DNA from: the human T2T-CHM13v2.0 reference genome, Homo sapiens
NCBI RefSeq assembly: GCF_009914755.1
Contig: NC_060927.1
Length of the DNA stretch: 64,000 nt
Strand: one strand, 5' to 3'
In this document: in pieces, positions 51,201 through 64,000 of the stretch
How positions within the stretch are numbered: position 1 is the first letter of the stretch
Layout of the letters: every line of letters begins with the position of its first letter
Translations under genes and position numbers: made by a program
Notes under the pieces: model-generated
The model's database searches: none
What the model was told of the DNA's origin: nothing
The model's input: only the letters and a program-made list of their open reading frames with translations

Positions 51201-54200
51201 ACACACCACAAAAAGAAGTTACTGAGAATTCTTCTGTCTAGCATTATATGAAAAATCCCGTTTCCAACGAAGGCCACAAAGAGGTCCAAATATCCACTTG
51301 CAGATTCTGCAAAAAGAGTGTTTCCAAACTGCTCTATGAAAAGAAACGTTAAACTCTGTGAGTTGAACGCAAACATCACAAAGTAGTTTCTGAGAATGAC
51401 TCCGTCTAGTTTTTATACGAAGATATTTCCTTTCCTACCATTCACTTCAAAGCGCTTGAAGTCTCCCCCTGAAAATTCCACAAAAAGTGTTTCCAATCTG
51501 CTCCGCCTAAAGGAAGCTTCAACTCTGTGAGTTGAATACCCACAACCCAAAGAAGTTACTGAGAATTCTTCTGTCTAGCATTATATGAAGAAATCCCGTT
51601 TCCAACGAAGGCCTCAAATACATCCAAATATCCAGTTGCTGACTTTACAAACTGAGTGTTTCCAAACTGCTCTATGAAAAGAAAGGTTAAACACTGTGAG
51701 TTGAACACACACGTACCAAAGTAGTTTCTGAGAATGATTCTGTCTAGTTTGCATACGAAGATATTTCCTTTTCTACCAGTGGCCTCAAAGCTCTGAAATC
51801 TCCACTTGCAAATTCCACAAAAAGAGAGTTTCAAATCTGCTGTTTCTAAAGGAAAGTTCAACTCTGAGAGTTGAATACACACCAGAAAAAGCAGTTACTG
51901 AGAAGTCTTCTGTCTAGCATTATATGAAGAAATCCCATTTCCAACGAAGACTTCAAAGAGGTCCAAATATCCACTTGCAGATTCTGCAAAAAGAGTGTTT
52001 CGAAACAACTGTATGAAAAGAAAGGTTAAACACTGTGAGTTGAACGCACACATTGCAAAGCAGTTTCTGAGAATGATTCCGTCTAATTATTATACGAAGG
52101 TATTTCCTTTTCTATCATTGGCCTCAAAGCGCTTGATACCTCCACCTGAAAATTCCACAAAAAGAGTGTTTCCAATCTACTCTGTCTAAAGGAACGTTCA
52201 ACTCTGTGAGTTGAATACACACACACAGAAAGAATTCACTGAGAATTCTTCTGTCTGGCATTACATGAAGAAATCCCGTTTCCAACGAAGGCCTCAAAGA
52301 GGTCCAAATATCCACTTGCAGATTCTGCAAAAAGAGTGTTTCAAAACCGCTCCATTAAAAGGAATGTTGAACTCTGTGAGTTGAATGCAAACATCACAAC
52401 TCAGTTGCTGAGAATGCTTCTGACTAGATTTTATGGTAAGATATTTCCTTTTCTACCGTAGGCTTCAATGCCCTCTAAATACACCCTTGCAAATTCTACA
52501 AAGAGACTGTTTCATAACTGCTCTATAGGAAGAAAGGTTCAACTCTGTGAGTTGAATGCAGAGATCACAACGTGGTTTCTGCGAATGATTCTTTGTAGTT
52601 TTTACATGAAGATATTTCGTTGTCAACCGTAGGCTTCAAAGCACTCAAAGTATTCACTTGGAACTTTTACAAAAAGAGTGTTAGAAAACTGCTCTTTCCA
52701 AAGTAAGGTTCAACTCTGTGAGTTGAATGCACACATAACAATCAAGAAGTTTCTGAGAATTCTTCTGTCCTGGTTTATATGAACAAATCCCGTTTCCAAC
52801 GAAGGCCTCAAAGACGTTTAAATATCCACTTGCAGACTTCACAAACAGAGTGTTTCCAAACTGCTCTATGAAAAGAAAGGTTAAACTCTGTGAGTTGAAC
52901 GCACACATCACAAAGTAGTTTCTGAGAATGATACTGTCTAGTTTTTATACGAAGATATTTCCTTTCTACCATTGGCGTCAAAGCGCTAGAATTCTCCACT
53001 TGCAAATTCCACAAAAAGAGTGTTTCCAATCTGCTCTGTCTAAAGGAAGGTTCAACTCTGTGAGTTGAATACACACACACAAAGAAGCTACTGAGAATTC
53101 TTTTGTCAAGAATTATAAGAAGAAATCCCGTTTCCAACGAAGGCCTCAAAGAGTTCCAAATATCCACTTGCACACTGCACAAACTATGTCTTTCCAAACT
53201 GCTCTATGCAAAGAAATGTTCAACTCTGTGAGTTTAATACACACATCACAAAGCAGTTTCTGAGAATGATACTGTCTAGTTTTTATACGAAGATATTTCC
53301 TTTTGTACCATTGGCCTCATACTGCTAGAATTTTCCACTTGCAAATTCCACAAAAAGAGTGTTTCCAATCCGCTCTGTCTAAAGGAAGGTTCAACTCTCT
53401 GATTTGAATACATACATCCCAAAAGAAGTTACTGAGAATTCTTCTGTCTAGCATTATGTGAAGAAATCCCGTTTCCAACGAAAGCCTCAAAGAGGTCCAA
53501 ATATCCAGTTGCAGAATTTACAAACTGACTGTTTCCAAACTCATCTATGAAAAGAAAGGTTAAACTCTGGGAGTTGAATGCACATATCACAAAGTAGTTC
53601 CTGAGAATGATTCTGTCTAGTTTTTATACGAAGATATTTCCTTTTCCACCAATGGCCTCAAAGTGCTTGAAATCTCCCCTTGCAAATTCCACAGACAAGT
53701 GTTTCAAATCTGCACTGTCTAAAGGAAGGTTCAACCCTGTGAGTTGAATACACACACACAGAAACAAATTCACTGAGAATTCTATTCTCTATCAATACAC
53801 GAAGAAATCCCGTTTACTACGAAGGCCTCAAAGAGGTCCAAATATCCAGCTGCAGACATTACAAACTGAGTGTTTCCAAAGTGCTCTATGAAAAGAAGTG
53901 TTAAACACTGTGAGTTCAATGCACACATCCCAAAGCAGTTTCTGAGAATGATTCCGTCTATTTTTTCTACGAAGATATTTCCTTTTCTGCCGTTGGCCTC
54001 AAAGCGCTTGAAATCTCCACTTGCAAATTCCACAAAAAGAGAGTTTCAAATCTGCTCTGTCTAAAGGAAGGTTCAACTCTGTGAGTTGAATACACACCAC
54101 AAAAAGAAGTTACTGAGAATTCTTCTGTCTAGCATTATATGAAAAATCCCGTTTCCAACGAAGGCCACAAAGAGGTCCAAATATCCACTTGCAGATTCTG

Positions 54201-57200
54201 CAAAAAGAGTGTTTCCAAACTGCTCTATGAAAAGAAACGTTAAACTCTGTGAGTTGAACGCAAACATCACAAAGTAGTTTCTGAGAATGACTCCGTCTAG
54301 TTTTTATACGAAGATATTTCCTTTCCTACCATTCACTTCAAAGCGCTTGAAGTCTCCCCCTGAAAATTCCACAAAAAGTGTTTCCAATCTGCTCCGCCTA
54401 AAGGAAGCTTCAACTCTGTGAGTTGAATACCCACAACCCAAAGAAGTTACTGAGAATTCTTCTGTCTAGCATTATATGAAGAAATCCCGTTTCCAACGAA
54501 GGCCTCAAATACATCCAAATATCCAGTTGCTGACTTTACAAACTGAGTGTTTCCAAACTGCTCTATGAAAAGAAAGGTTAAACACTGTGAGTTGAACACA
54601 CACGTACCAAAGTAGTTTCTGAGAATGATTCTGTCTAGTTTGCATACGAAGATATTTCCTTTTCTACCAGTGGCCTCAAAGCTCTGAAATCTCCACTTGC
54701 AAATTCCACAAAAAGAGAGTTTCAAATCTGCTGTTTCTAAAGGAAAGTTCAACTCTGAGAGTTGAATACACACCAGAAAAAGCAGTTACTGAGAAGTCTT
54801 CTGTCTAGCATTATATGAAGAAATCCCATTTCCAACGAAGACTTCAAAGAGGTCCAAATATCCACTTGCAGATTCTGCAAAAAGAGTGTTTCGAAACAAC
54901 TGTATGAAAAGAAAGGTTAAACACTGTGAGTTGAACGCACACATTGCAAAGCAGTTTCTGAGAATGATTCCGTCTAATTATTATACGAAGGTATTTCCTT
55001 TTCTATCATTGGCCTCAAAGCGCTTGATACCTCCACCTGAAAATTCCACAAAAAGAGTGTTTCCAATCTACTCTGTCTAAAGGAACGTTCAACTCTGTGA
55101 GTTGAATACACACACACAGAAAGAATTCACTGAGAATTCTTCTGTCTGGCATTACATGAAGAAATCCCGTTTCCAACGAAGGCCTCAAAGAGGTCCAAAT
55201 ATCCACTTGCAGATTCTGCAAAAAGAGTGTTTCAAAACCGCTCCATTAAAAGGAATGTTGAACTCTGTGAGTTGAATGCAAACATCACAACTCAGTTGCT
55301 GAGAATGCTTCTGACTAGATTTTATGGTAAGATATTTCCTTTTCTACCGTAGGCTTCAATGCCCTCTAAATACACCCTTGCAAATTCTACAAAGAGACTG
55401 TTTCATAACTGCTCTATAGGAAGAAAGGTTCAACTCTGTGAGTTGAATGCAGAGATCACAACGTGGTTTCTGCGAATGATTCTTTGTAGTTTTTACATGA
55501 AGATATTTCGTTGTCAACCGTAGGCTTCAAAGCACTCAAAGTATTCACTTGGAACTTTTACAAAAAGAGTGTTAGAAAACTGCTCTTTCCAAAGTAAGGT
55601 TCAACTCTGTGAGTTGAATGCACACATAACAATCAAGAAGTTTCTGAGAATTCTTCTGTCCTGGTTTATATGAACAAATCCCGTTTCCAACGAAGGCCTC
55701 AAAGACGTTTAAATATCCACTTGCAGACTTCACAAACAGAGTGTTTCCAAACTGCTCTATGAAAAGAAAGGTTAAACTCTGTGAGTTGAACGCACACATC
55801 ACAAAGTAGTTTCTGAGAATGATACTGTCTAGTTTTTATACGAAGATATTTCCTTTCTACCATTGGCGTCAAAGCGCTAGAATTCTCCACTTGCAAATTC
55901 CACAAAAAGAGTGTTTCCAATCTGCTCTGTCTAAAGGAAGGTTCAACTCTGTGAGTTGAATACACACACACAAAGAAGCTACTGAGAATTCTTTTGTCAA
56001 GAATTATAAGAAGAAATCCCGTTTCCAACGAAGGCCTCAAAGAGTTCCAAATATCCACTTGCACACTGCACAAACTAAGTCTTTCCAAACTGCTCTATGC
56101 AAAGAAATGTTCAACTCTGTGAGTTTAATACACACATCACAAAGCAGTTTCTGAGAATGATACTGTCTAGTTTTTATACGAAGATATTTCCTTTTGTACC
56201 ATTGGCCTCATACTGCTAGAATTTTCCACTTGCAAATTCCACAAAAAGAGTGTTTCCAATCCGCTCTGTCTAAAGGAAGGTTCAACTCTCTGATTTGAAT
56301 ACATACATCCCAAAAGAAGTTACTGAGAATTCTTCTGTCTAGCATTATGTGAAGAAATCCCGTTTCCAACGAAAGCCTCAAAGAGGTCCAAATATCCAGT
56401 TGCAGAATTTACAAACTGACTGTTTCCAAACTCATCTATGAAAAGAAAGGTTAAACTCTGGGAGTTGAATGCACATATCACAAAGTAGTTCCTGAGAATG
56501 ATTCTGTCTAGTTTTTATACGAAGATATTTCCTTTTCCACCAATGGCCTCAAAGTGCTTGAAATCTCCCCTTGCAAATTCCACAGACAAGTGTTTCAAAT
56601 CTGCACTGTCTAAAGGAAGGTTCAACCCTGTGAGTTGAATACACACACACAGAAACAAATTCACTGAGAATTCTATTCTCTATCAATACACGAAGAAATC
56701 CCGTTTACTACGAAGGCCTCAAAGAGGTCCAAATATCCAGCTGCAGACATTACAAACTGAGTGTTTCCAAAGTGCTCTATGAAAAGAAGTGTTAAACACT
56801 GTGAGTTCAATGCACACATCCCAAAGCAGTTTCTGAGAATGATTCCGTCTATTTTTTCTACGAAGATATTTCCTTTTCTGCCGTTGGCCTCAAAGCGCTT
56901 GAAATCTCCACTTGCAAATTCCACAAAAAGAGAGTTTCAAATCTGCTCTGTCTAAAGGAAGGTTCAACTCTGTGAGTTGAATACACACCACAAAAAGAAG
57001 TTACTGAGAATTCTTCTGTCTAGCATTATATGAAAAATCCCGTTTCCAACGAAGGCCACAAAGAGGTCCAAATATCCACTTGCAGATTCTGCAAAAAGAG
57101 TGTTTCCAAACTGCTCTATGAAAAGAAACGTTAAACTCTGTGAGTTGAACGCAAACATCACAAAGTAGTTTCTGAGAATGACTCCGTCTAGTTTTTATAC

Positions 57201-60200
57201 GAAGATATTTCCTTTCCTACCATTCACTTCAAAGCGCTTGAAGTCTCCCCCTGAAAATTCCACAAAAAGTGTTTCCAATCTGCTCCGCCTAAAGGAAGCT
57301 TCAACTCTGTGAGTTGAATACCCACAACCCAAAGAAGTTACTGAGAATTCTTCTGTCTAGCATTATATGAAGAAATCCCGTTTCCAACGAAGGCCTCAAA
57401 TACATCCAAATATCCAGTTGCTGACTTTACAAACTGAGTGTTTCCAAACTGCTCTATGAAAAGAAAGGTTAAACACTGTGAGTTGAACACACACGTACCA
57501 AAGTAGTTTCTGAGAATGATTCTGTCTAGTTTGCATACGAAGATATTTCCTTTTCTACCAGTGGCCTCAAAGCTCTGAAATCTCCACTTGCAAATTCCAC
57601 AAAAAGAGAGTTTCAAATCTGCTGTTTCTAAAGGAAAGTTCAACTCTGAGAGTTGAATACACACCAGAAAAAGCAGTTACTGAGAAGTCTTCTGTCTAGC
57701 ATTATATGAAGAAATCCCATTTCCAACGAAGACTTCAAAGAGGTCCAAATATCCACTTGCAGATTCTGCAAAAAGAGTGTTTCGAAACAACTGTATGAAA
57801 AGAAAGGTTAAACACTGTGAGTTGAACGCACACATTGCAAAGCAGTTTCTGAGAATGATTCCGTCTAATTATTATACGAAGGTATTTCCTTTTCTATCAT
57901 TGGCCTCAAAGCGCTTGATACCTCCACCTGAAAATTCCACAAAAAGAGTGTTTCCAATCTACTCTGTCTAAAGGAACGTTCAACTCTGTGAGTTGAATAC
58001 ACACACACAGAAAGAATTCACTGAGAATTCTTCTGTCTGGCATTACATGAAGAAATCCCGTTTCCAACGAAGGCCTCAAAGAGGTCCAAATATCCACTTG
58101 CAGATTCTGCAAAAAGAGTGTTTCAAAACCGCTCCATTAAAAGGAATGTTGAACTCTGTGAGTTGAATGCAAACATCACAACTCAGTTGCTGAGAATGCT
58201 TCTGACTAGATTTTATGGTAAGATATTTCCTTTTCTACCGTAGGCTTCAATGCCCTCTAAATACACCCTTGCAAATTCTACAAAGAGACTGTTTCATAAC
58301 TGCTCTATAGGAAGAAAGGTTCAACTCTGTGAGTTGAATGCAGAGATCACAACGTGGTTTCTGCGAATGATTCTTTGTAGTTTTTACATGAAGATATTTC
58401 GTTGTCAACCGTAGGCTTCAAAGCACTCAAAGTATTCACTTGGAACTTTTACAAAAAGAGTGTTAGAAAACTGCTCTTTCCAAAGTAAGGTTCAACTCTG
58501 TGAGTTGAATGCACACATAACAATCAAGAAGTTTCTGAGAATTCTTCTGTCCTGGTTTATATGAACAAATCCCGTTTCCAACGAAGGCCTCAAAGACGTT
58601 TAAATATCCACTTGCAGACTTCACAAACAGAGTGTTTCCAAACTGCTCTATGAAAAGAAAGGTTAAACTCTGTGAGTTGAACGCACACATCACAAAGTAG
58701 TTTCTGAGAATGATACTGTCTAGTTTTTATACGAAGATATTTCCTTTCTACCATTGGCGTCAAAGCGCTAGAATTCTCCACTTGCAAATTCCACAAAAAG
58801 AGTGTTTCCAATCTGCTCTGTCTAAAGGAAGGTTCAACTCTGTGAGTTGAATACACACACACAAAGAAGCTACTGAGAATTCTTTTGTCAAGAATTATAA
58901 GAAGAAATCCCGTTTCCAACGAAGGCCTCAAAGAGTTCCAAATATCCACTTGCACACTGCACAAACTAAGTCTTTCCAAACTGCTCTATGCAAAGAAATG
59001 TTCAACTCTGTGAGTTTAATACACACATCACAAAGCAGTTTCTGAGAATGATACTGTCTAGTTTTTATACGAAGATATTTCCTTTTGTACCATTGGCCTC
59101 ATACTGCTAGAATTTTCCACTTGCAAATTCCACAAAAAGAGTGTTTCCAATCCGCTCTGTCTAAAGGAAGGTTCAACTCTCTGATTTGAATACACACATC
59201 CCAAAAGAAGTTACTGAGAATTCTTCTGTCTAGCATTATGTGAAGAAATCCCGTTTCCAACGAAAGCCTCAAAGAGGTCCAAATATCCAGTTGCAGAATT
59301 TACAAACTGACTGTTTCCAAACTCATCTATGAAAAGAAAGGTTAAACTCTGTGAGTTGAATGCACATATCACAAAGTAGTTCCTGAGAATGATTCTGTCT
59401 AGTTTTTATACGAAGATATTTCCTTTTCCACCAATGGCCTCAAAGTGCTTGAAATCTCCCCTTGCAAATTCCACAGACAAGTGTTTCAAATCTGCACTGT
59501 CTAAAGGAAGGTTCAACCCTGTGAGTTGAATACACACACACAGAAACAAATTCACTGAGAATTCTATTGTCTATCATTACACGAAGAAATCCCGTTTACT
59601 ACGAAGGCCTCAAAGAGGTCCAAATATCCAGCTGCAGACATTACAAACTGAGTGTTTCCAAAGTGCTCTATGAAAAGAAGTGTTAAACACTGTGAGTTCA
59701 ATGCACACATCCCAAAGCAGTTTCTGAGAATGATTCCGTCTATTTTTTCTACGAAGATATTTCCTTTTCTGCCGTTGGCCTCAAAGCGCTTGAAATCTCC
59801 ACTTGCAAATTCCACAAAAAGAGAGTTTCAAATCTGCTCTGTCTAAAGGAAGGTTCAACTCTGTGAGTTGAATTCACACCACAAAAAGAAGTTACTGAGA
59901 ATTCTTCTGTCTAGCATTATATGAAAAATCCCGTTTCCAACGAAGGCCACAAAGAGGTCCAAATATCCACTTGCAGATTCTGCAAAAAGAGTGTTTCCAA
60001 ACTGCTCTATGTAAAGAAACGTTAAACTCTGTGAGTTGAACGCAAACATCACAAAGTAGTTTCTGAGAATGACTCCGTCTAGTTTTTATACGAAGATATT
60101 TCCTTTCCTACCATTCACTTCAAAGCGCTTGAAGTCTCCCCCTGAAAATTCCACAAAAAGTGTTTCCAATCTGCTCCGCCTAAAGGAAGCTTCAACTCTG

Positions 60201-62070
60201 TGAGTTGAATACCCACAACCCAAAGAAGTTACTGAGAATTCTTCTGTCTAGCATTATATGAAGAAATCCCGTTTCCAACGAAGGCCTCAAATACATCCAA
60301 ATATCCAGTTGCTGACTTTACAAACTGAGTGTTTCCAAACTGCTCTATGAAAAGAAAGGTTAAACACTGTGAGTTGAACACACACGTACCAAAGTAGTTT
60401 CTGAGAATGATTCTGTCTAGTTTGCATACGAAGATATTTCCTTTTCTACCATTGGCCTCAAAGCTCTGAAATCTCCACTTGCAAATTCCACAAAAAGAGA
60501 GTTTCAAATCTGCTGTTTCTAAAGGAAAGTTCAACTCTGAGAGTTGAATACACACCAGAAAAAGCAGTTACTGAGAAGTCTTCTGTCTAGCATTATATGA
60601 AGAAATCCCATTTCCAACGAAGACTTCAAAGAGGTCCAAATATCCACTTGCAGATTCTGCAAAAAGAGTGTTTCGAAACAACTGTATGAAAAGAAAGATT
60701 AAACACTGTGAGTTGAACGCACACATTGCAAAGCAGTTTCTGAGAATGATTCCGTCTAATTATTATACGAAGGTATTTCCTTTTCTATCATTGGCCTCAA
60801 AGCGCTTGATACCTCCACCTGAAAATTCCACAAAAAGAGTGTTTCCAATCTACTCTGTCTAAAGGAACGTTCAACTCTGTGAGTTGAATACACACACACA
60901 GAAAGAATTCACTGAGAATTCTTCTGTCTGGCATTACATGAAGAAATCCCGTTTCCAACGAAGGCCTCAAAGAGGTCCAAATATCCACTTGCAGATTCTG
61001 CAAAAAGAGTGTTTCAAAACCGCTCCATTAAAAGGAATGTTGAACTCTGTGAGTTGAATGCAAACATCACAACTCAGTTGCTGAGAATGCTTCTGACTAG
61101 ATTTTATGGTAAGATATTTCCTTTTCTACCGTAGGCTTCAATGCCCTCTAAATACACCCTTGCAAATTCTACAAAGAGACTGTTTCATAACTGCTCTATA
61201 GGAAGAAAGGTTCAACTCTGTGAGTTGAATGCAGAGATCACAACGTGGTTTCTGCGAATGATTCTTTGTAGTTTTTACCTGAAGATATTTCGTTGTCAAC
61301 CGTAGGCTTCAAAGCACTCAAAGTATTCACTTGGAACTTTTACAAAAAGAGTGTTAGAAAACTGCTCTTTCCAAAGTAAGGTTCAACTCTGTGAGTTGAA
61401 TGCACACATAACAATCAAGAAGTTTCTGAGAATTCTTCTGTCCTGGTTTATATGAAGAAATCCCGTTTCCAACAAAGGCCTCAAAGACGTTTAAATATCC
61501 ACTTGCAGACTTCACAAACAGAGTGTTTCCAAACTGCTCTATGAAAAGAAAGGTTAAACTCTGTGAGTTGAACGTACACATCACAAAGTAGTTTCTGAGA
61601 ATGATACTGTCTAGTTTTTATACGAAGATATTTCCTTTCTACCATTGGCGTCAAAGCGCTAGAATTCTCCACTTGCAAATTCCACAAAAAGAGTGTTTCC
61701 AATCTGCTCTGTCTAAAGGAAGGTTCAACTCTGTGAGTTGAATACACACACACAAAGAAGCTACTGAGAATTCTTTTGTCAAGAATTATAAGAAGAAATC
61801 CCGTTTCCAACGAAGGCCTCAAAGAGTTCCAAATATCCACTTGCACACTGCACAAACTAAGTCTTTCCAAACTGCTCTATGTAAAGAAATGTTCAACTCT
61901 GTGAGTTTAATACACACATCACAAAGCAGTTTCTGAGAATGATACTGTCTAGTTTTTATACGAAGATATTTCCTTTTGTACCATTGGCCTCATACTGCTA
62001 GAATTTTCCACTTGCAAATTCCACAAAAAGAGTGTTTCCAATCCGCTCTGTCTAAAGGAAGGTTCAACTC
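30270..62070 (-). repeat. HOR copies 12-22: eleven consecutive canonical 17-mers (2,891 bp each)
   Basis: Anchors 30654, 33545, 36436, 39327, 42218, 45109, 48000, 50891, 53782, 56673, 59564 and 62455 are all 2,891 apart. Confidence 0.96.
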
Positions 62071-64000
62071 TCTGATTTGAATACATACATCCCAAAAGAA
62101 GTTACTGAGAATTCTTCTGTCTAGCATTATGTGAAGAAATCCCGTTTCCAACGAAAGCCTCAAAGAGGTCCAAATATCCAGTTGCAGAATTTACAAACTG
62201 ACTGTTTCCAAACTCATCTATGAAAAGAAAGGTTAAACTCTGTGAGTTGAATGCACATATCACAAAGTAGTTCCTGAGAATGATTCTGTCTAGTTTTTAT
62301 ACGAAGATATTTCCTTTTCCACCAATGGCCTCAAAGTGCTTGAAATCTCCCCTTGCAAATTCCACAGACAAGTGTTTCAAATCTGCACTGTCTAAAGGAA
62401 GGTTCAACCCTGTGAGTTGAATACACACACACAGAAACAAATTCACTGAGAATTCTATTGTCTATCATTACACGAAGAAATCCCGTTTACTACGAAGGCC
62501 TCAAAGAGGTCCAAATATCCAGCTGCAGACATTACAAACTGAGTGTTTCCAAAGTGCTCTATGAAAAGAAGTGTTAAACACTGTGAGTTCAATGCACACA
62601 TCCCAAAGCAGTTTCTGAGAATGATTCCGTCTATTTTTTCTACGAAGATATTTCCTTTTCTGCCGTTGGCCTCAAAGCGCTTGAAATCTCCACTTGCAAA
62701 TTCCACAAAAAGAGAGTTTCAAATCTGCTCTGTCTAAAGGAAGGTTCAACTCTGTGAGTTGAATTCACACCACAAAAAGAAGTTACTGAGAATTCTTCTG
62801 TCTAGCATTATATGAAAAATCCCGTTTCCAACGAAGGCCACAAAGAGGTCCAAATATCCACTTGCAGATTCTGCAAAAAGAGTGTTTCCAAACTGCTCTA
62901 TGTAAAGAAACGTTAAACTCTGTGAGTTGAACGCAAACATCACAAAGTAGTTTCTGAGAATGACTCCGTCTAGTTTTTATACGAAGATATTTCCTTTCCT
63001 ACCATTCACTTCAAAGCGCTTGAAGTCTCCCCCTGAAAATTCCACAAAAAGTGTTTCCAATCTGCTCCGCCTAAAGGAAGCTTCAACTCTGTGAGTTGAA
63101 TACCCACAACCCAAAGAAGTTACTGAGAATTCTTCTGTCTAGCATTATATGAAGAAATCCCGTTTCCAACGAAGGCCTCAAATACATCCAAATATCCAGT
63201 TGCTGACTTTACAAACTGAGTGTTTCCAAACTGCTCTATGAAAAGAAAGGTTAAACACTGTGAGTTGAACACACACGTACCAAAGTAGTTTCTGAGAATG
63301 ATTCTGTCTAGTTTGCATACGAAGATATTTCCTTTTCTACCATTGGCCTCAAAGCTCTGAAATCTCCACTTGCAAATTCCACAAAAAGAGAGTTTCAAAT
63401 CTGCTGTTTCTAAAGGAAAGTTCAACTCTGAGAGTTGAATACACACCAGAAAAAGCAGTTACTGAGAAGTCTTCTGTCTAGCATTATATGAAGAAATCCC
63501 ATTTCCAACGAAGACTTCAAAGAGGTCCAAATATCCACTTGCAGATTCTGCAAAAAGAGTGTTTCGAAACAACTGTATGAAAAGAAAGGTTAAACACTGT
63601 GAGTTGAACGCACACATTGCAAAGCAGTTTCTGAGAATGATTCCGTCTAATTATTATACGAAGGTATTTCCTTTTCTATCATTGGCCTCAAAGCGCTTGA
63701 TACCTCCACCTGAAAATTCCACAAAAAGAGTGTTTCCAATCTACTCTGTCTAAAGGAACGTTCAACTCTGTGAGTTGAATACACACACACAGAAAGAATT
63801 CACTGAGAATTCTTCTGTCTGGCATTACATGAAGAAATCCCGTTTCCAACGAAGGCCTCAAAGAGGTCCAAATATCCACTTGCAGATTCTGCAAAAAGAG
63901 TGTTTCAAAACCGCTCCATTAAAAGGAATGTTGAACTCTGTGAGTTGAATGCAAACATCACAACTCAGTTGCTGAGAATGCTTCTGACTAGATTTTATGG
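62071..64000 (-). repeat. HOR copy 23, truncated by the window end
   Basis: Same monomer order as copy 1 up to HOR position 1930. Confidence 0.95.

Larger units (their letters stand above)
1..64000 (-). repeat. Centromeric alpha-satellite higher-order repeat array (17-mer, 2,891-bp HOR), probably human chromosome 3 D3Z1 (S01/1C3H1L)
   Basis: Alphoid motifs (ctctgtgagttgaat, tttctgagaatg, aaatatccacttgcag, tcccgtttccaacgaag) recur every ~170/340 bp with no break. The start string tctgatttgaatac recurs at 1, 2892, 5783, 7822, 10713, 13266, 16153, 19040, 21593, 24480, 27371, 30270 and then every 2,891 bp to 62071. 2891/17 is ~170. Alpha satellite is certain; D3Z1 rests on recalled knowledge that the chr3 live HOR is a ~2.9-kb dimer-derived 17-mer (~0.85 confidence for that part). 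Confidence 0.98.

Noticed and set aside
385-63894. Recurrent 64-129-aa ORFs on both strands as protein-coding genes
   Set aside because: They are translations of alpha-satellite monomers. They overlap on both strands, repeat with the HOR period, often use non-ATG starts and are broken or fused by single SNVs and indels.
1-64000. CRISPR-like repeat-spacer array based on regularly spaced conserved motifs
   Set aside because: The sequence between motifs is itself homologous repeat, not unique spacer, and there are no cas genes.
1-64000. Transposon insertion (L1/Alu), inversion or non-satellite island
   Set aside because: Every HOR spacing is accounted for by the listed indels, all real CENP-B boxes have the same orientation, and I saw no poly-A tail or foreign sequence.

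Overview
The whole 64-kb window is one uninterrupted array of primate centromeric alpha-satellite DNA (~171-bp monomers). It lies in a single orientation, with the consensus strand and CENP-B boxes reading on the minus strand. The monomers form a 17-monomer, 2,891-bp higher-order repeat (HOR) with a dimeric (~340-bp, suprachromosomal family 1-type) substructure. This best matches the active human chromosome 3 array D3Z1 (S01/1C3H1L); the assignment is from recall of the family, not a database search. There are 22 complete HOR copies and one partial copy: 15 x 2,891 bp, 3 x 2,887 bp (4-bp deletion), 1 x 2,899 bp (8-bp duplication), 2 x 2,553 bp (15-mers) and 1 x 2,039 bp (12-mer). I see no genes, RNA genes, transposons or CRISPR array; the ORF track is a by-product of the repeat. 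I found no new gene system. The interest lies in how the array evolves: a deletion breakpoint on a CENP-B box, a nested duplication of HORs, repeated CpG loss at one specific CENP-B box, SNV haplotype blocks, and identical substitutions in different monomers. All SNV comparisons were made by eye and need an alignment to confirm. HOR copy boundaries use an arbitrary phase (copy 1 starts at base 1).
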